NCBI GenBank assembly: GCA_036744835.1 | Contig: DAIOHD010000001.1 | Coordinates: forward strand, 951-64,950 | Source: Candidatus Magasanikiibacteriota bacterium | GTDB taxonomy: Bacteria; Patescibacteriota; Patescibacteriia; Magasanikbacterales; GWA2-37-8 | Length of the DNA: 64,000 bases | Reading direction: 5' to 3' | Made by a program: the position numbers and the translations under genes | Shown here: positions 9,958-20,650 of the stretch, piece after piece | Numbering within the stretch: the first letter of the stretch is position 1 | How the letters are laid out: each line of letters starts with the position of its first letter | Notes under the pieces: generated by a model | Database searches by the model: none | Seen by the model: only the letters and a program-made list of their open reading frames with translations | Told to the model about the DNA's origin: nothing

Positions 9958-12900
9958 TTGAAAAAAAATATGTATCGCAACACTACCAATATCATCGATT
10001 TTGACGCCGTACGTCTAAAAATTGCTTCTCCCGAAGCAATACGTAGTTGGTCTTATGGCGAGGTGCGTAAACCGGAAACCATTAATTATCGTACTCAAAA
10101 ACCCGAAAAAGGCGGCTTGTTTGCCGAAGAAATTTTTGGACCGACCAAAGATTGGGAATGTTATTGTGGCAAATATAAAAAAATTCGTTATAAAGGAATT
10201 GTTTGTGACAAATGCGGAGTAGAGGTAACCACTTCTCTTGTGCGTCGTGAACGTATGGGTCATATTGAACTTTCTACACCAGTTACGCATATTTGGTTTT
10301 TACGTTCTGTTCCGAGTAAAATTGGCTTAGTGTTAGATTTGAGTCCTCAAGCTTTGGAGAAAGTTGTTTACTTTGCTTCTTTTGTTATTACTCATGTTGA
10401 TGAAGAAGGCAAAAAACAAACTTTTGATTTATTGCGTCAGGAATATAAATCTAAAAAGAAACAGATTGAAAAAGAAAATGAAATTGCGCTTAAGAAAGCA
10501 AATGACGAAAAACAAGGGATGGAAGTTTTGGAAAAAATTCAAGAAGAGTCTACCCGTAAAACAACAGCGCTTGATGCTGATTTTCAACAGGCAGACAAAG
10601 AGCTTAAGGAGTTGGTTGTTTTGAGAATTGTTTCTGAACAAAAGTACCAAGAACTTTCTTTACGTTATGGGCATTTATTTGAAGCTCAGATAGGTGCGGA
10701 AGCAGTTTACAATTTATTATCCAGAGTTAATTTGGAAGAAACTTATAAAAATTTAGGTACAGAACAACAAAAAGCCAAAGGAGCAAAATTGGAAAAAATA
10801 ATTCGTCGTAAAAAATTATTGAAGAATTTGATCGTTAATGAAATTCGTCCTGAATGGATGGTAATGAAATGTTTACCGGTTGTTCCTCCGGATTTGCGTC
10901 CGATGGTAGCACTTGATGGTGGACGTTTTGCCACTTCGGATTTAAACGACCTATATCGTCGTGTTATCAATCGTAATAATCGTTTAGAAAGATTGATAGA
11001 ATTAAATGCTCCGGAAGTTATTTGTCGTAATGAAAAACGCATGTTGCAAGAAGCAATTGACGCACTTATAGATAATAATGCTCGTCATGCAAAAACGGTA
11101 ACGGCTTCTACCGGCCAGAAAAGACAGTTACGTTCTTTGGCTGATATTTTGAAAGGCAAACAAGGACGTTTCCGTCAAAATTTGCTTGGTAAACGCGTTG
11201 ATTATTCTGGTCGTTCTGTAATAGTTGTTGGTCCAAATTTAAATTTAGACGAATGTGGTTTACCAAAACGCATGGCGCTTGAGCTTTTTAAACCGTTTAT
11301 TATGGCGGAGATTATTAAAATGGAGTTAGCTCATAATGTTCGTTCTGCCAATCGTTTTATTGAAAGTGAACGCGATGAGGTGTGGGATATTTTGGAAGAA
11401 CTTACCAAAAAGACTCGTGTGCTTCTCAATCGCGCTCCGACCTTGCATCGTTTAGGTATTCAAGCTTTTCATCCGCGACTTATCGAAGGTAGTGCTATTC
11501 AATTACATCCTTTAGTTTGTACCGCTTTTAATGCTGACTTTGACGGAGATCAGATGGCTGTGCACTTACCACTGACAGTAGAAGCTCGTTGGGAAGCGGA
11601 CAATCTAATGGCTGCAGAAAAAAATATTTTGAAACCCGCCACTGGTCAACCGGTGGTAACTCCAAAACAAGATATCGTCCTTGGTGCTTTTTATCTTACA
11701 CATTATCGTGAAGATAGTGCCAAAAAAATAAAATATTTTTCTTCAGAAAAAGAAGCTTTATTTGCTTATAAATCTCGTATTATTACTTTACATGAAAAAA
11801 TCAAAGTACGTTTTGCAGATTTAAGTAAATTCCCCAAAGATACTAAACCCCTTATTGAAACTTCAATTGGTAGGATAATATTTAATCAAGGATTGCCGGA
11901 AGAAATTCCTTTTGTTAATGAAGCAATCACAGTAAAAAAATTAGGCAACATAATTTCTTCTTATTTGGAAATTTTTGGCCAAGAAAAAACAGCGGCCTTT
12001 TTGGATGATTTAAAAAATCTTGGGTTTAAATATGCTACTAAATCAGGGTATTCTTTGGGAATGAATGATTTTCCAAAAATTGAAACAAAAGCTGCTTTAC
12101 TTAAAGAATGTGATGCAAAAGTTCGTGAAGTGGAAAATTTACGAGCTGAAGGTTTGCTTACTCAGGGTGAAAAACATGCCAAGATTTTAGAAATTTGGAC
12201 TGAAGCTAAAGATAAAATTATTGCTAACAACAAAGAAGTTCTTAACAAACTCGGTCCGGTATATGCCATGATTGAATCTGGTGCTCGAGGCTCATGGGGT
12301 CAACTTGGTCAGGTTATTGGTATGAAGGGTTTAGTGGCCTCTCCTTCCGGGGATATTATTGAGCTTCCGGTTAAAGGCAATTTTAAAGAAGGTTTTGATT
12401 CTTTGGAATTTTTTATTTCTTCTCATGGTACCAGAAAAGGTTTGTCAGATACTGCTTTGCGTACCGCTGGCGCTGGTTATTTAACTCGTCGTTTAGTGGA
12501 TGTAGCTCAAGATGTGGTGGTATTAGAAGAAGACTGTGGGGCTAAAGAAGGTGAAGTATTTACAACTGCACAATCTGCTGAAATGGGTGAAAAATTGGCT
12601 GATAGGGTTTTGGGTCGTTACGTAGTCGAAGATGTAAAAGTTGGTAATAAAGTTTTAGTAAAAGCCGGAGAAATAATTAATGAACAGTCGGCTCGAGATA
12701 TTGAAAAAAACAAGGTAGAATCAATTCATGTACGTTCAGTGTTTAAATGTAAATGTCCAAAAGGTGTTTGTCAAAAATGCTATGGTTTTGATTTATCATA
12801 TAACAAGCCAGCGCAGCTCGGTGCAGCAATCGGTATTATTGCTGCACAAAGTATTGGTGAACCGGGTACTCAATTAACTCTTCGAACTTTTCATACTGGT

Positions 12901-13839
12901 GGGGTTGCTGGAAGTGATATTACTCAAGGCCTACCTCGTATCGAAGAAATATTTGAGGTACGCTCTCCAAAACATCAAGCGCTTTTAACCGATGTTGAAG
13001 GAAAAGTTGAAATAGAAGATGCTGATGGAAAAATAATTACTTCGGCTACCGGTAAGAAAATTTTTGAAGGACGTCGTGGACAAAAAATTATCAAAATTCA
13101 TTTTGAAGGTATGGATGAAATGAAAATTAGTGTTGGTAGTGAAGATGAAATAGTGGTTAAAAATGATGAATTTGTGGAGCAGGATGCTGTTTTGTTGGTC
13201 CGTGGTTCTTCTGGCGAAGAAATAAAAGCTAAATATTCCGGTCAAGTAAAAATTGAGAAAAATAAAGTACGTCTATCTTATAACGGTCCTAAGGTTCGCG
13301 AATATATCGTTCCGCTAGGTTATAAAGTTTATTTTAAAACCGGGGATGAAGTTAAAAAAGGCGACCAACTTACTGATGGATCTGTTAATTTACAAGAATT
13401 GTTTGAACTTCGCGGACGTCCGGCTGTTCAAAAATATATTTTGGAAGAAGTACAAAATATTTATTCCTCTCAAGGTCAGAAAGTAAATGATAAACACATG
13501 GAAGTGATTATACGTCAAATGTTTAGTCGTGTTTATATCGAAGATGCTGGAGATACTGAATTATTACCAGGTGAAGTTGTGGAAAAAGCCCATTTGGAAT
13601 TTTGTAATAATCTAGCTAAAAAAGAAGGTGGTAAAGAAGCTTCTGGTCGTGAATTATTACTTGGTATTACCAGAGTTTCTCTCTCTACTCAAAGTTTCCT
13701 TTCCGCTGCTTCGTTTCAAGAAACTGCTCGCGTGCTCATCAATACTGCTATTACCGGAAAAATTGATTATTTGGAAGGTCTCAAAGAAAACGTTATTATC
13801 GGTCGTCTTATTCCAGCGGGTACGGGGTTTAAAAAGTAA
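9958..13839 (+). CDS. rpoC: DNA-directed RNA polymerase subunit beta'
   Basis: 1293 aa. Zn-finger CxC...CxxC near the N-terminus, catalytic NADFDGDQMAVH, and trigger-loop/bridge-helix segments. Confidence 0.97.
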   Translation: MKKNMYRNTTNIIDFDAVRLKIASPEAIRSWSYGEVRKPETINYRTQKPEKGGLFAEEIFGPTKDWECYCGKYKKIRYKGIVCDKCGVEVTTSLVRRERMGHIELSTPVTHIWFLRSVPSKIGLVLDLSPQALEKVVYFASFVITHVDEEGKKQTFDLLRQEYKSKKKQIEKENEIALKKANDEKQGMEVLEKIQEESTRKTTALDADFQQADKELKELVVLRIVSEQKYQELSLRYGHLFEAQIGAEAVYNLLSRVNLEETYKNLGTEQQKAKGAKLEKIIRRKKLLKNLIVNEIRPEWMVMKCLPVVPPDLRPMVALDGGRFATSDLNDLYRRVINRNNRLERLIELNAPEVICRNEKRMLQEAIDALIDNNARHAKTVTASTGQKRQLRSLADILKGKQGRFRQNLLGKRVDYSGRSVIVVGPNLNLDECGLPKRMALELFKPFIMAEIIKMELAHNVRSANRFIESERDEVWDILEELTKKTRVLLNRAPTLHRLGIQAFHPRLIEGSAIQLHPLVCTAFNADFDGDQMAVHLPLTVEARWEADNLMAAEKNILKPATGQPVVTPKQDIVLGAFYLTHYREDSAKKIKYFSSEKEALFAYKSRIITLHEKIKVRFADLSKFPKDTKPLIETSIGRIIFNQGLPEEIPFVNEAITVKKLGNIISSYLEIFGQEKTAAFLDDLKNLGFKYATKSGYSLGMNDFPKIETKAALLKECDAKVREVENLRAEGLLTQGEKHAKILEIWTEAKDKIIANNKEVLNKLGPVYAMIESGARGSWGQLGQVIGMKGLVASPSGDIIELPVKGNFKEGFDSLEFFISSHGTRKGLSDTALRTAGAGYLTRRLVDVAQDVVVLEEDCGAKEGEVFTTAQSAEMGEKLADRVLGRYVVEDVKVGNKVLVKAGEIINEQSARDIEKNKVESIHVRSVFKCKCPKGVCQKCYGFDLSYNKPAQLGAAIGIIAAQSIGEPGTQLTLRTFHTGGVAGSDITQGLPRIEEIFEVRSPKHQALLTDVEGKVEIEDADGKIITSATGKKIFEGRRGQKIIKIHFEGMDEMKISVGSEDEIVVKNDEFVEQDAVLLVRGSSGEEIKAKYSGQVKIEKNKVRLSYNGPKVREYIVPLGYKVYFKTGDEVKKGDQLTDGSVNLQELFELRGRPAVQKYILEEVQNIYSSQGQKVNDKHMEVIIRQMFSRVYIEDAGDTELLPGEVVEKAHLEFCNNLAKKEGGKEASGRELLLGITRVSLSTQSFLSAASFQETARVLINTAITGKIDYLEGLKENVIIGRLIPAGTGFKK

Positions 13840-13863
13840 TTTGAAAATTGTTTCAAAACATTC

Positions 13864-13895
13864 CGCCTCTGATTTTCAGGGGCGGTGTTGTTTAG
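13864..13895 (+). terminator. Intrinsic terminator after rpoC
   Basis: ccgcctctg/caggggcgg hairpin followed by a U-rich tgttgttt tract. Confidence 0.5.
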
Positions 13896-13997
13896 AAAGA
13901 ATCTCAAGTGACACCAAAGTTTTGACTTTTGAGTTGTAAAAATATTATTTGTTTTAGTATAATATCATAGTATAAACAATGAATTTAAGTAAAAAGT

Positions 13998-14729
13998 ATG
14001 TCAGGACACTCTAAATGGCACAATATACAAGGCCGAAAAGGCAAACAAGACGCGCTCAAAGGAGCGATGTTTTCTAAATATTCAAAATTGATTAGCATTG
14101 CCGCCAAAGGCGGTGGAGATCCGGAAAAAAACTTTTCTCTGCGTATTGCGATAGATAAAGCCAAAAGTGTCAGTATGCCCAAAGATAATATTGAAAAAGC
14201 GATTAAAAAGGGCACGGGTGAACTTAATGATGGAAACATTTTAGAAGAGGCTCTTTATGAAGCTTTTGGTCCGGGTGGAGTGGCTGTGCTTATCAAAGCG
14301 GTTACGGACAATAAAAATCGAACTGTTTCGGAAATTAAACATATTCTAACCAAAAGCGGCGGCAGTATGGCTGGTCCAGGCAGTGTAGCTTGGATGTTTG
14401 AACAGTTAGGAGTGATAAGATTGACCACAGAAGAATTAAAAAATAAAAATATATCCCAAGATGATTTTGAAATGAATTTGATAGAGGCCGGAGTACAAGA
14501 TATCAAAATCGAAGAAGATGAAATAGAAATATTGATCAAAATAGAAGATTTACAAAAAGTCCTTGGTAAAATAAGAGAAATGAATTTAGAACCAAATAAA
14601 TCGGGAATTGAATGGGTAGCTAAAGAAAAAGTGGAAATCCCAGAAGAAAATGTTGATAAATTGCAAAATTTATTCGGAGAGTTAGAAGAAAGAGAAGATG
14701 TGGAAGATTATTTTACGAATGCTAAATAA
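13998..14729 (+). CDS. yebC: YebC/PmpR family DNA-binding transcriptional regulator
   Basis: 243 aa. N-terminal MSGHSKWHNIQGRKG is the YebC signature. Confidence 0.85.
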   Translation: MSGHSKWHNIQGRKGKQDALKGAMFSKYSKLISIAAKGGGDPEKNFSLRIAIDKAKSVSMPKDNIEKAIKKGTGELNDGNILEEALYEAFGPGGVAVLIKAVTDNKNRTVSEIKHILTKSGGSMAGPGSVAWMFEQLGVIRLTTEELKNKNISQDDFEMNLIEAGVQDIKIEEDEIEILIKIEDLQKVLGKIREMNLEPNKSGIEWVAKEKVEIPEENVDKLQNLFGELEEREDVEDYFTNAK

Positions 14730-14854
14730 ATTTAAAATTTAGAATTTAAAATTTTTAATTAATTTTTAATGACAAAATAATAAATTTTTAAATTGAGTAT
14801 TAGACATTCATTAAAAATTGCAAAATTAAAAATTGAAAATTGCAAAATGAGCTT

Positions 14855-15352
14855 ATGCGAATTTTAGGTATTGATCCCGGTTATGGCCGGATGGGTTATG
14901 GAGTGATAGAAAAAAAACAAAGCGGTCAATGGAAAGCGCTTGTTTATGGTTGTTTAAATACCGATTCAGAAAAATCTTTTGTTTGTCGTTTGATGGAAAT
15001 CAAAGAAAAAGTTGATGCTCTCAGTAAAAAATATAAACCTGAAGTTTTGGGAGTAGAAAAATTATTTTTTTTCAAAAATGCCAAAACCGCGATGGATGTT
15101 GGGCAGGCCAGGGGAGCGATATTACTTTCTGGGATTGAAAATAAAATGCAAATTTACGAGTTTACCCCGCTTCAAGTAAAGCAAGCCATTACCGGTTATG
15201 GTAAAGCAGAAAAAAAACAGATGCAAAAAATGACCGCTACTATTTTGGGATTAAAACAAAAAATCAAATCCGATGATGCGGCCGATGCTTTGGCTGTGGC
15301 GCTTTGTGCGGCACAGAGTATGTGGGTTAATAAGTTGAAAGTTAAAAGTTGA
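14855..15352 (+). CDS. ruvC: Crossover junction endodeoxyribonuclease RuvC
   Basis: MRILGIDPGYGRMGYGVIE catalytic N-terminus, immediately downstream of yebC (conserved yebC-ruvC synteny). The ORF track begins at a TTG at 14840; the ATG at 14855 is preferred. Confidence 0.85.
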   Translation: MRILGIDPGYGRMGYGVIEKKQSGQWKALVYGCLNTDSEKSFVCRLMEIKEKVDALSKKYKPEVLGVEKLFFFKNAKTAMDVGQARGAILLSGIENKMQIYEFTPLQVKQAITGYGKAEKKQMQKMTATILGLKQKIKSDDAADALAVALCAAQSMWVNKLKVKS

Positions 15353-15443
15353 AAGTTAAAAGTGTCATTGCGAGGTCCGCCTGGGCAGACCGCGGCAATC
15401 CCATTGCAGAATATTAGATATTGAATATTAAAAAACGAATTTA

Positions 15444-15470
15444 AAAAACACCCCAAAGGGTGTTTTTAAA
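15444..15470. terminator. Bidirectional intrinsic terminator (caccc-aaa-gggtg plus T-run)
   Basis: The hairpin is flanked by A-run and T-run, so it works for convergent ruvC (+) and the zupT/DUF1653-remnant transcript (-). Confidence 0.5.
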
Positions 15471-15477
15471 AATTATT

Positions 15478-15701
15478 CTACAAAGTTAAATCTTTGAATT
15501 TTTTTGCCATCAACGATGATATCTTCATAAAATTTTTCTTTCGGCCTGACCCATAAAGAATTGTTGCCAAATTCAGACAAATCATAAAGTGCGCGATAAG
15601 CAGCTATTTCTTCTTAAACACTGCTATCTCTGCCCGCATCGATAACTTCTAAATTTTACCTTTAAAATGTTTATATTTGCCTGGCTTTAAATCTTCTGCA
15701 T
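15478..15701 (-). pseudogene. Degraded paralog of the DUF1653 gene at 20651-20878 (in-frame stops and a frame disruption)
   Basis: Minus-strand translation gives LKHAEDLKPGKYKHFKGKI*...ALYDLSEFGNNSLWVRPKEKFYEDIIVDGKKIQRFNF. It is collinear with the intact 75-aa MNDLKPGKYQHFKGKFYEV...GKKIPRFNF but interrupted by stops, and no ORF of 60 aa or more remains. Confidence 0.55.
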
Positions 15702-15704
15702 GTT

Positions 15705-16445
15705 TTAATGTTCAAACAAAGTAGCGGCGTACATTATGATTATACCGAGGATAAAAACAACAAAAGAAAGCATAGATTTTTTAAGGTTTGTTTCTTTGCG
15801 AATTTCCGGCATTAAATCTGAAGAGGCAATATAAATAAATCCTCCGGCGGCAAAAGGAAGAAGGTAAGGAATAATACTTTCTAATTTAAAAGAAGCAAAA
15901 TAACCGGCTATCCCACCCAAAAGCACAGTAAGAGCTACTAAAAAATTTATGATTAGGGCTTTTTTCTTTTCAAATCCAGCGTGAATCAAAACGCCAAAGT
16001 CACCTATTTCTTGTGGTATTTCATGTAGTGCAATGATAGTGGTAGTTATTAAACCCAAACGAATATCTATCAAAAAAGTGCTAGCGATTACTAATCCATC
16101 AATAAAATTATGTACGGAATCACCAACTAAATTCATATATCCGAAAGTATGAATGGGGCACTCACCTTTGTGGCAGTGACGCCAAAACAACGTTTTTTCT
16201 AAAAGGAAAAAGAAAACAAAAGATAAAAGAGTGATCAAGAAAATTAATTCAGTACCTAACTCGTGAGCGGCTTCGGGTAAAAGATGTAAAAACGCCCCAC
16301 CAATAAGTGCACCAGCTGAAAGAGAAACTAAAAATAAAGTTATTTTATTTAAAGTTTCTTTTTTTAAATAAAGTAAAAATAAGGCTACCCAAACGCAGAG
16401 GGTAATAGCCAAACATGAAAGAATGATTAAAAAAAACGTATTCAT
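15705..16445 (-). CDS. zupT: ZIP family metal (zinc) transporter
   Basis: 246 aa, about 8 TM. Motifs HEIPQEIGDFGVL and HNFIDGL are typical of ZupT/ZIP. Confidence 0.75.
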   Translation of the reverse strand: MNTFFLIILSCLAITLCVWVALFLLYLKKETLNKITLFLVSLSAGALIGGAFLHLLPEAAHELGTELIFLITLLSFVFFFLLEKTLFWRHCHKGECPIHTFGYMNLVGDSVHNFIDGLVIASTFLIDIRLGLITTTIIALHEIPQEIGDFGVLIHAGFEKKKALIINFLVALTVLLGGIAGYFASFKLESIIPYLLPFAAGGFIYIASSDLMPEIRKETNLKKSMLSFVVFILGIIIMYAATLFEH

Positions 16446-16467
16446 AAATTAGTAAGTTAATATAAAA

Positions 16468-17190
16468 TTAAGGAATTGGATTTTCGTTTGCTTCTTTTTT
16501 ATATAAGAAATAACAGAATAAAGAGGTAAAGAAAGCACCGATACTATTAACTATTAAATCAGACATAGTATCGCGTAGCCCGTTGCCTTGATAAGATTGA
16601 CCAATCATGACTTCTGTTTCCGATAAATTCCATTTTTGATGAGCGGTTTTAAATAACATATCTGAGGTGAATTCAAGTATTTCCCAAACTACTCCGGCGG
16701 TTACGGCAATAGTAAAAGCCAAAAAAGCTAAAAAACCCGGACGAATATTCAATTTGTAGTGAAGATTTATTTTGTACATGAAAATAAAACTGGCAAAACC
16801 GATAACTATTCCGGCTAGGGTATGTAATAAATCATCCCACCACCAAAAACGATAATACATATCAAAACGAACACTAAAAAACATTCCCGCATAAACAAAT
16901 AAAACAATAGTTATTTCTAAAATTTCTGGAATATTTAGTTTTTGATGTTTACGAATATAGCCGGGAACAAAAGTTAAAAGTAGAGTTACTAAAGTCCAAA
17001 AAGCTAATTCCATTCTTTTGTAAAGCTCTTCAAAAATTTTTGTTTTGGAAATAGCCCCGTCTAAAAATATTTCAAAACCAACAAAAAATAAGTTTAAAAG
17101 CAAAGAGACCAGCAACAACAAACGAACGGTGGTCAAAATACGATCACGCCAATTTTTTTTGTTTTGTAGTTCTGGATTTTTTTTCGACAT
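16468..17190 (-). CDS. Integral membrane protein of unknown function
   Basis: 240 aa, multiple TM segments, no recognisable catalytic motif. Tightly linked (3-nt gaps) to the neighbouring genes. Confidence 0.4.
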   Translation of the reverse strand: MSKKNPELQNKKNWRDRILTTVRLLLLVSLLLNLFFVGFEIFLDGAISKTKIFEELYKRMELAFWTLVTLLLTFVPGYIRKHQKLNIPEILEITIVLFVYAGMFFSVRFDMYYRFWWWDDLLHTLAGIVIGFASFIFMYKINLHYKLNIRPGFLAFLAFTIAVTAGVVWEILEFTSDMLFKTAHQKWNLSETEVMIGQSYQGNGLRDTMSDLIVNSIGAFFTSLFCYFLYKKEANENPIP

Positions 17191-17193
17191 ATT

Positions 17194-19113
17194 TTAGTCA
17201 TTTTGATATTTGTAGGATTTTTTCATGGCTTTCCAGAAAACATCTTTTTGAATACAGTGCGGATTGCTACCATCGCAATCTTTGTTTTCTAAGATATTTC
17301 CGTATTTGGCAAAAGTATTTTTATCTTCGTACATATAAGGGTCTTTTTGCAAATTAGCAGTTACAGCGGCATGAGCCTTGTCTACATTTCCACCGGCTTT
17401 GGCAAGTTCTTCTTCCATACCTTTGTTATAAGCGCGTACCAAGCCACGAAATTCAGCTGATTGAGCCTCTTTTTTGACCGTGTCTATAGCTTCGCCCAAA
17501 ATGGCGGTGACCGGTGCAGAAGCTGGGGAATCAACTAGATCAAGCAGTTCGCCAAAAGCTTCTTTCTTGGCTTCGTCCATTATTTTTTCGTAAATTTGAT
17601 CTTTGATATAACCGGTAACCCTGTCAGCTTCACGCCCAAAATCTTGTTGTTTTTGACTAAGACCTTTTTCTATCGCTGCTTGTCGCTCTAACATTCTTTG
17701 ATAAAAAAGTAATTGCTCATCATATTTTTTCTCCGTTTCAGTTGGGTTACTATTCCAAAATTTTAAACTATCAACAGCATTGCCAAATTTTTCATTCCAG
17801 CGCAATTTTACTATTTCTGACGGATCCATATTTTCAATATCATTTTTTGGATCATTTTTGTAAGCGAGCATTTCGCTGAGTGATTTATATTCTTGTTCGC
17901 TAAGTTTTTCTCCTTTATCTCGCAAACTATCATTTAAAGCAGTCAAAGAATTTTTCGTTTTTTGATCGATTTTTCCGCTGTAATAATCCATCGCTACTTT
18001 TTTGTTCATTGGGTCAGAAAGTGATTCATATTCGTTTTTGTTTTTATTATCCATCACGCCCAGATAATCATTTCTCTTTTTTTCCAGACCGTCCAATTGT
18101 TTTTGTAGTTCTGCATCAGGATTATTTTTTAACTCTTCTTTGAGTATATTTATTTGATCGTCTATTTCTAAAACACTGCCAGGTAATAAATAAGGCCCAA
18201 CTTGTGAAACACAGCTTTGTTTATCAGCCCCAGACAACATCAAACATCCATCAGGATTTTTAAATTTAACTGACGCGCCCAGGATACACTCTTCTTTGGT
18301 GTAGGAATAGGCACCACCTTCAATTTTGTTGCAAGCGCTCAAATCGCCGGTATTTTCCGCAATGCGTAGATAACATTTATCTCGTGGTGGGTTGGAACCT
18401 TTAAAGCCCTCACCTTTGATTTTAGCACAAGTATCAGCGTTGCCTCCTTGCACACCGGCGTTTTGGTAACAATGATCAGGGTCATCAAAAAAACTACACG
18501 CCCATTCATTGATATTTTCAACACAACCGCTGAGAAATAAAGGAGCCAATAAAATAATTGTCACAGTAGTAGCTTTTTTATTTAAACCTTTTTTAATCAA
18601 AAGTTTGATTATCAAAACAATAAGCCAAATCAAAACTAAAGCAAAAATAAATTTGGTCGCGGAAAGCAGGGGGTAGCCGACATAATTGATAAGACCACGA
18701 GCGATATCGGTATATCTATTTTCAAAATAAACCAGTTGTCGACCAAATAAATACCAAGGTAAATTCATTAAAGCAACTAAAATTGGATAGATAAATGTGT
18801 TGTTTTTTAGCTTAGTTTTGCGTAAAATCGTATAAACCATATAACCTCCAAGCATGGATAAAAGACCAAAAATTAAACCTGCATAAATACTGTATTTGCT
18901 AAAAATAGAGATAACGCGCTTGTCGGTAATATCGGAAAATTTGATAGTTACCAAATCATAAGCAAAAAAGTAAAAAACTCCGGCAAAAACAAGCCAAAAA
19001 ATCAGTGGTAACCAAGCGGAATGTAAAAAACATTTCTTTGTTTTTTCTTCAACGATTTTTTCCGGATTGTTTTCAATAATTTCCTCTTTTTTTTGTAAAT
19101 GTTGTTCGTCCAT
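17194..19113 (-). CDS. Large membrane protein: about 5 N-terminal TM helices, an extracytoplasmic Cys-rich repeat region, and a coiled-coil C-terminal half
   Basis: 639 aa. Repeated C-x(n)-C units (TCAKI, ACNKI, KCYLRI, ECILGA, GCLMLSGADKQSC), then long predicted helical/coiled-coil segments rich in K/E/Q. Confidence 0.4.
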   Translation of the reverse strand: MDEQHLQKKEEIIENNPEKIVEEKTKKCFLHSAWLPLIFWLVFAGVFYFFAYDLVTIKFSDITDKRVISIFSKYSIYAGLIFGLLSMLGGYMVYTILRKTKLKNNTFIYPILVALMNLPWYLFGRQLVYFENRYTDIARGLINYVGYPLLSATKFIFALVLIWLIVLIIKLLIKKGLNKKATTVTIILLAPLFLSGCVENINEWACSFFDDPDHCYQNAGVQGGNADTCAKIKGEGFKGSNPPRDKCYLRIAENTGDLSACNKIEGGAYSYTKEECILGASVKFKNPDGCLMLSGADKQSCVSQVGPYLLPGSVLEIDDQINILKEELKNNPDAELQKQLDGLEKKRNDYLGVMDNKNKNEYESLSDPMNKKVAMDYYSGKIDQKTKNSLTALNDSLRDKGEKLSEQEYKSLSEMLAYKNDPKNDIENMDPSEIVKLRWNEKFGNAVDSLKFWNSNPTETEKKYDEQLLFYQRMLERQAAIEKGLSQKQQDFGREADRVTGYIKDQIYEKIMDEAKKEAFGELLDLVDSPASAPVTAILGEAIDTVKKEAQSAEFRGLVRAYNKGMEEELAKAGGNVDKAHAAVTANLQKDPYMYEDKNTFAKYGNILENKDCDGSNPHCIQKDVFWKAMKKSYKYQND

Positions 19114-19154
19114 ATTTTTACATTATATTTTTATTAAAGTTTTGATTTATTTTA

Positions 19155-20627
19155 TTAATTTTTTAAATTACTACTCATATAATAGTCAACCGGAGCAAAA
19201 TCATCTGTTAAAATAGGAATATCGATGACAATTTTCTCTTGCCATAAATGGTCTAAATAATTATTTAGCACGGGATCTGCATTCTTAAATGAAGGAATTT
19301 CTTTAGATTTTAAAGCTATTAGAATTATATTTTGTATTTTTTCTGTGTTTTTTGAATCATTAACCGGAAACAAATAAACTTGAGGAAAAACGTTTCGATA
19401 GGTTGCATATTCTGCTTTTAAAAATTTACTTTTTTCTCCCTCCATAGCTGAAATAATATTTAGAATAACTAGACCATCATTATTTAAAATTTCGTATTTT
19501 TTTTGTATAGCCTCCAGAGTCGTTAATTGAAAAGGGATAGAATAAACAGAAGTAAAAGCATCGCCGAAAATTACATCATATTTTTTTTGTGTTTTGTTTA
19601 AATATACTCTGCCGTCTTCATGATAAATAGTTAAATTAGGATTTTCTATTAAATTAAAATATTTTTTAGCTAGTTCTGTAATTTTTTTATCTATTTCTAT
19701 GACATCTATAGTAGCTTCTGGATATTTGGTTAAAAAATATTTTGGATAAGAATATCCCGCGCCACCAAACATTAGCGTTTTTTTAAAATTTGGATTAAAA
19801 TGTTTAGCCAGGTCATAGTATTTGGTATATTCATTCACTAATTCGTTGTTGTCTAAAAACATTGATGAATGGTTTTCATTGTTTATCCCCATGGTTTTAA
19901 CGATTTTATTTGTTTTTATATCAATACGATCATATATCCAAATACGATTATATTCTGTATCTACATCTATAAAATTATTTTTTTCAAAAGCATAAGCAAA
20001 TCCATCGACTATAAACCAAATAAAGGCAATAATCAACAAAGAAGTGATGATTTTTGAGAGTTTTTTAACGGAAATAATCAAAGAGTTTAAAATTAAAACA
20101 ATCACTAAAATAATCAATATTTTATTGGTTCCAAAAGTTGGAATTAAATAAAAGCCTGATAAAAAAGTTCCAACAATACTTCCAGCTGTGGATATGGCAT
20201 AAAGATTTCCAACAGTGGTTCCGGAAGTATTTAAATTTTCTATTTTTAATTTAACAGTATAAGGCGAAACCATGCCAAGTAAAATGCTGGCTGGAGAAAA
20301 TAAAATTAAGGAGGCAATAAGTGAAGGTATTTTTATATCTTCAAAATTTAATTGTAAAATGATAAGCAAAAAATCTTTTATTAAAATCATGATCCCGATG
20401 AAAATAGCTGATAAAAAAATAATCAAAGATAAATTATTAAGATTGGGATTTTTGTCTGCGATTTTTCCGCCTAAATAATAACCAAAACTAAGACTACCTA
20501 AAATAATTCCGATTAAACCAGTCCAAATGATGATAGATGTACCAAAATAAGGACCAAGAACTCTTGATCCAGCAGTTTCAAAAATCATTACTACGGCCCC
20601 ACAAACAAAAGCTGTTATTTCGAGCAT
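19155..20627 (-). CDS. speE: Polyamine aminopropyltransferase (spermidine synthase-like) fused to an N-terminal multi-TM domain
   Basis: 490 aa. The C-terminal half carries GGAGYSYPKYF, DVIEIDKKITELAKKYF and VIFGDAF, an AdoMet-dependent spermidine-synthase fold. The N-terminal roughly 200 aa is polytopic membrane. Confidence 0.65.
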   Translation of the reverse strand: MLEITAFVCGAVVMIFETAGSRVLGPYFGTSIIIWTGLIGIILGSLSFGYYLGGKIADKNPNLNNLSLIIFLSAIFIGIMILIKDFLLIILQLNFEDIKIPSLIASLILFSPASILLGMVSPYTVKLKIENLNTSGTTVGNLYAISTAGSIVGTFLSGFYLIPTFGTNKILIILVIVLILNSLIISVKKLSKIITSLLIIAFIWFIVDGFAYAFEKNNFIDVDTEYNRIWIYDRIDIKTNKIVKTMGINNENHSSMFLDNNELVNEYTKYYDLAKHFNPNFKKTLMFGGAGYSYPKYFLTKYPEATIDVIEIDKKITELAKKYFNLIENPNLTIYHEDGRVYLNKTQKKYDVIFGDAFTSVYSIPFQLTTLEAIQKKYEILNNDGLVILNIISAMEGEKSKFLKAEYATYRNVFPQVYLFPVNDSKNTEKIQNIILIALKSKEIPSFKNADPVLNNYLDHLWQEKIVIDIPILTDDFAPVDYYMSSNLKN

Positions 20628-20650
20628 AAACTTATTAATTTTTAAAAAGA

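Noticed and set aside
6838-13245. Multiple 60-100-aa ORFs antisense to rpoB and rpoC (6838-7149, 7914-8147, 8766-8975, 10015-10290, 10429-10650, 10743-11042, 12985-13245) and similar antisense ORFs inside recA, ileS, gatB, tgt and the helicase
   Set aside because: They lie entirely within long, strongly supported genes on the opposite strand and are low-complexity or hydrophobic with no start signals. Expected background in AT-rich DNA.
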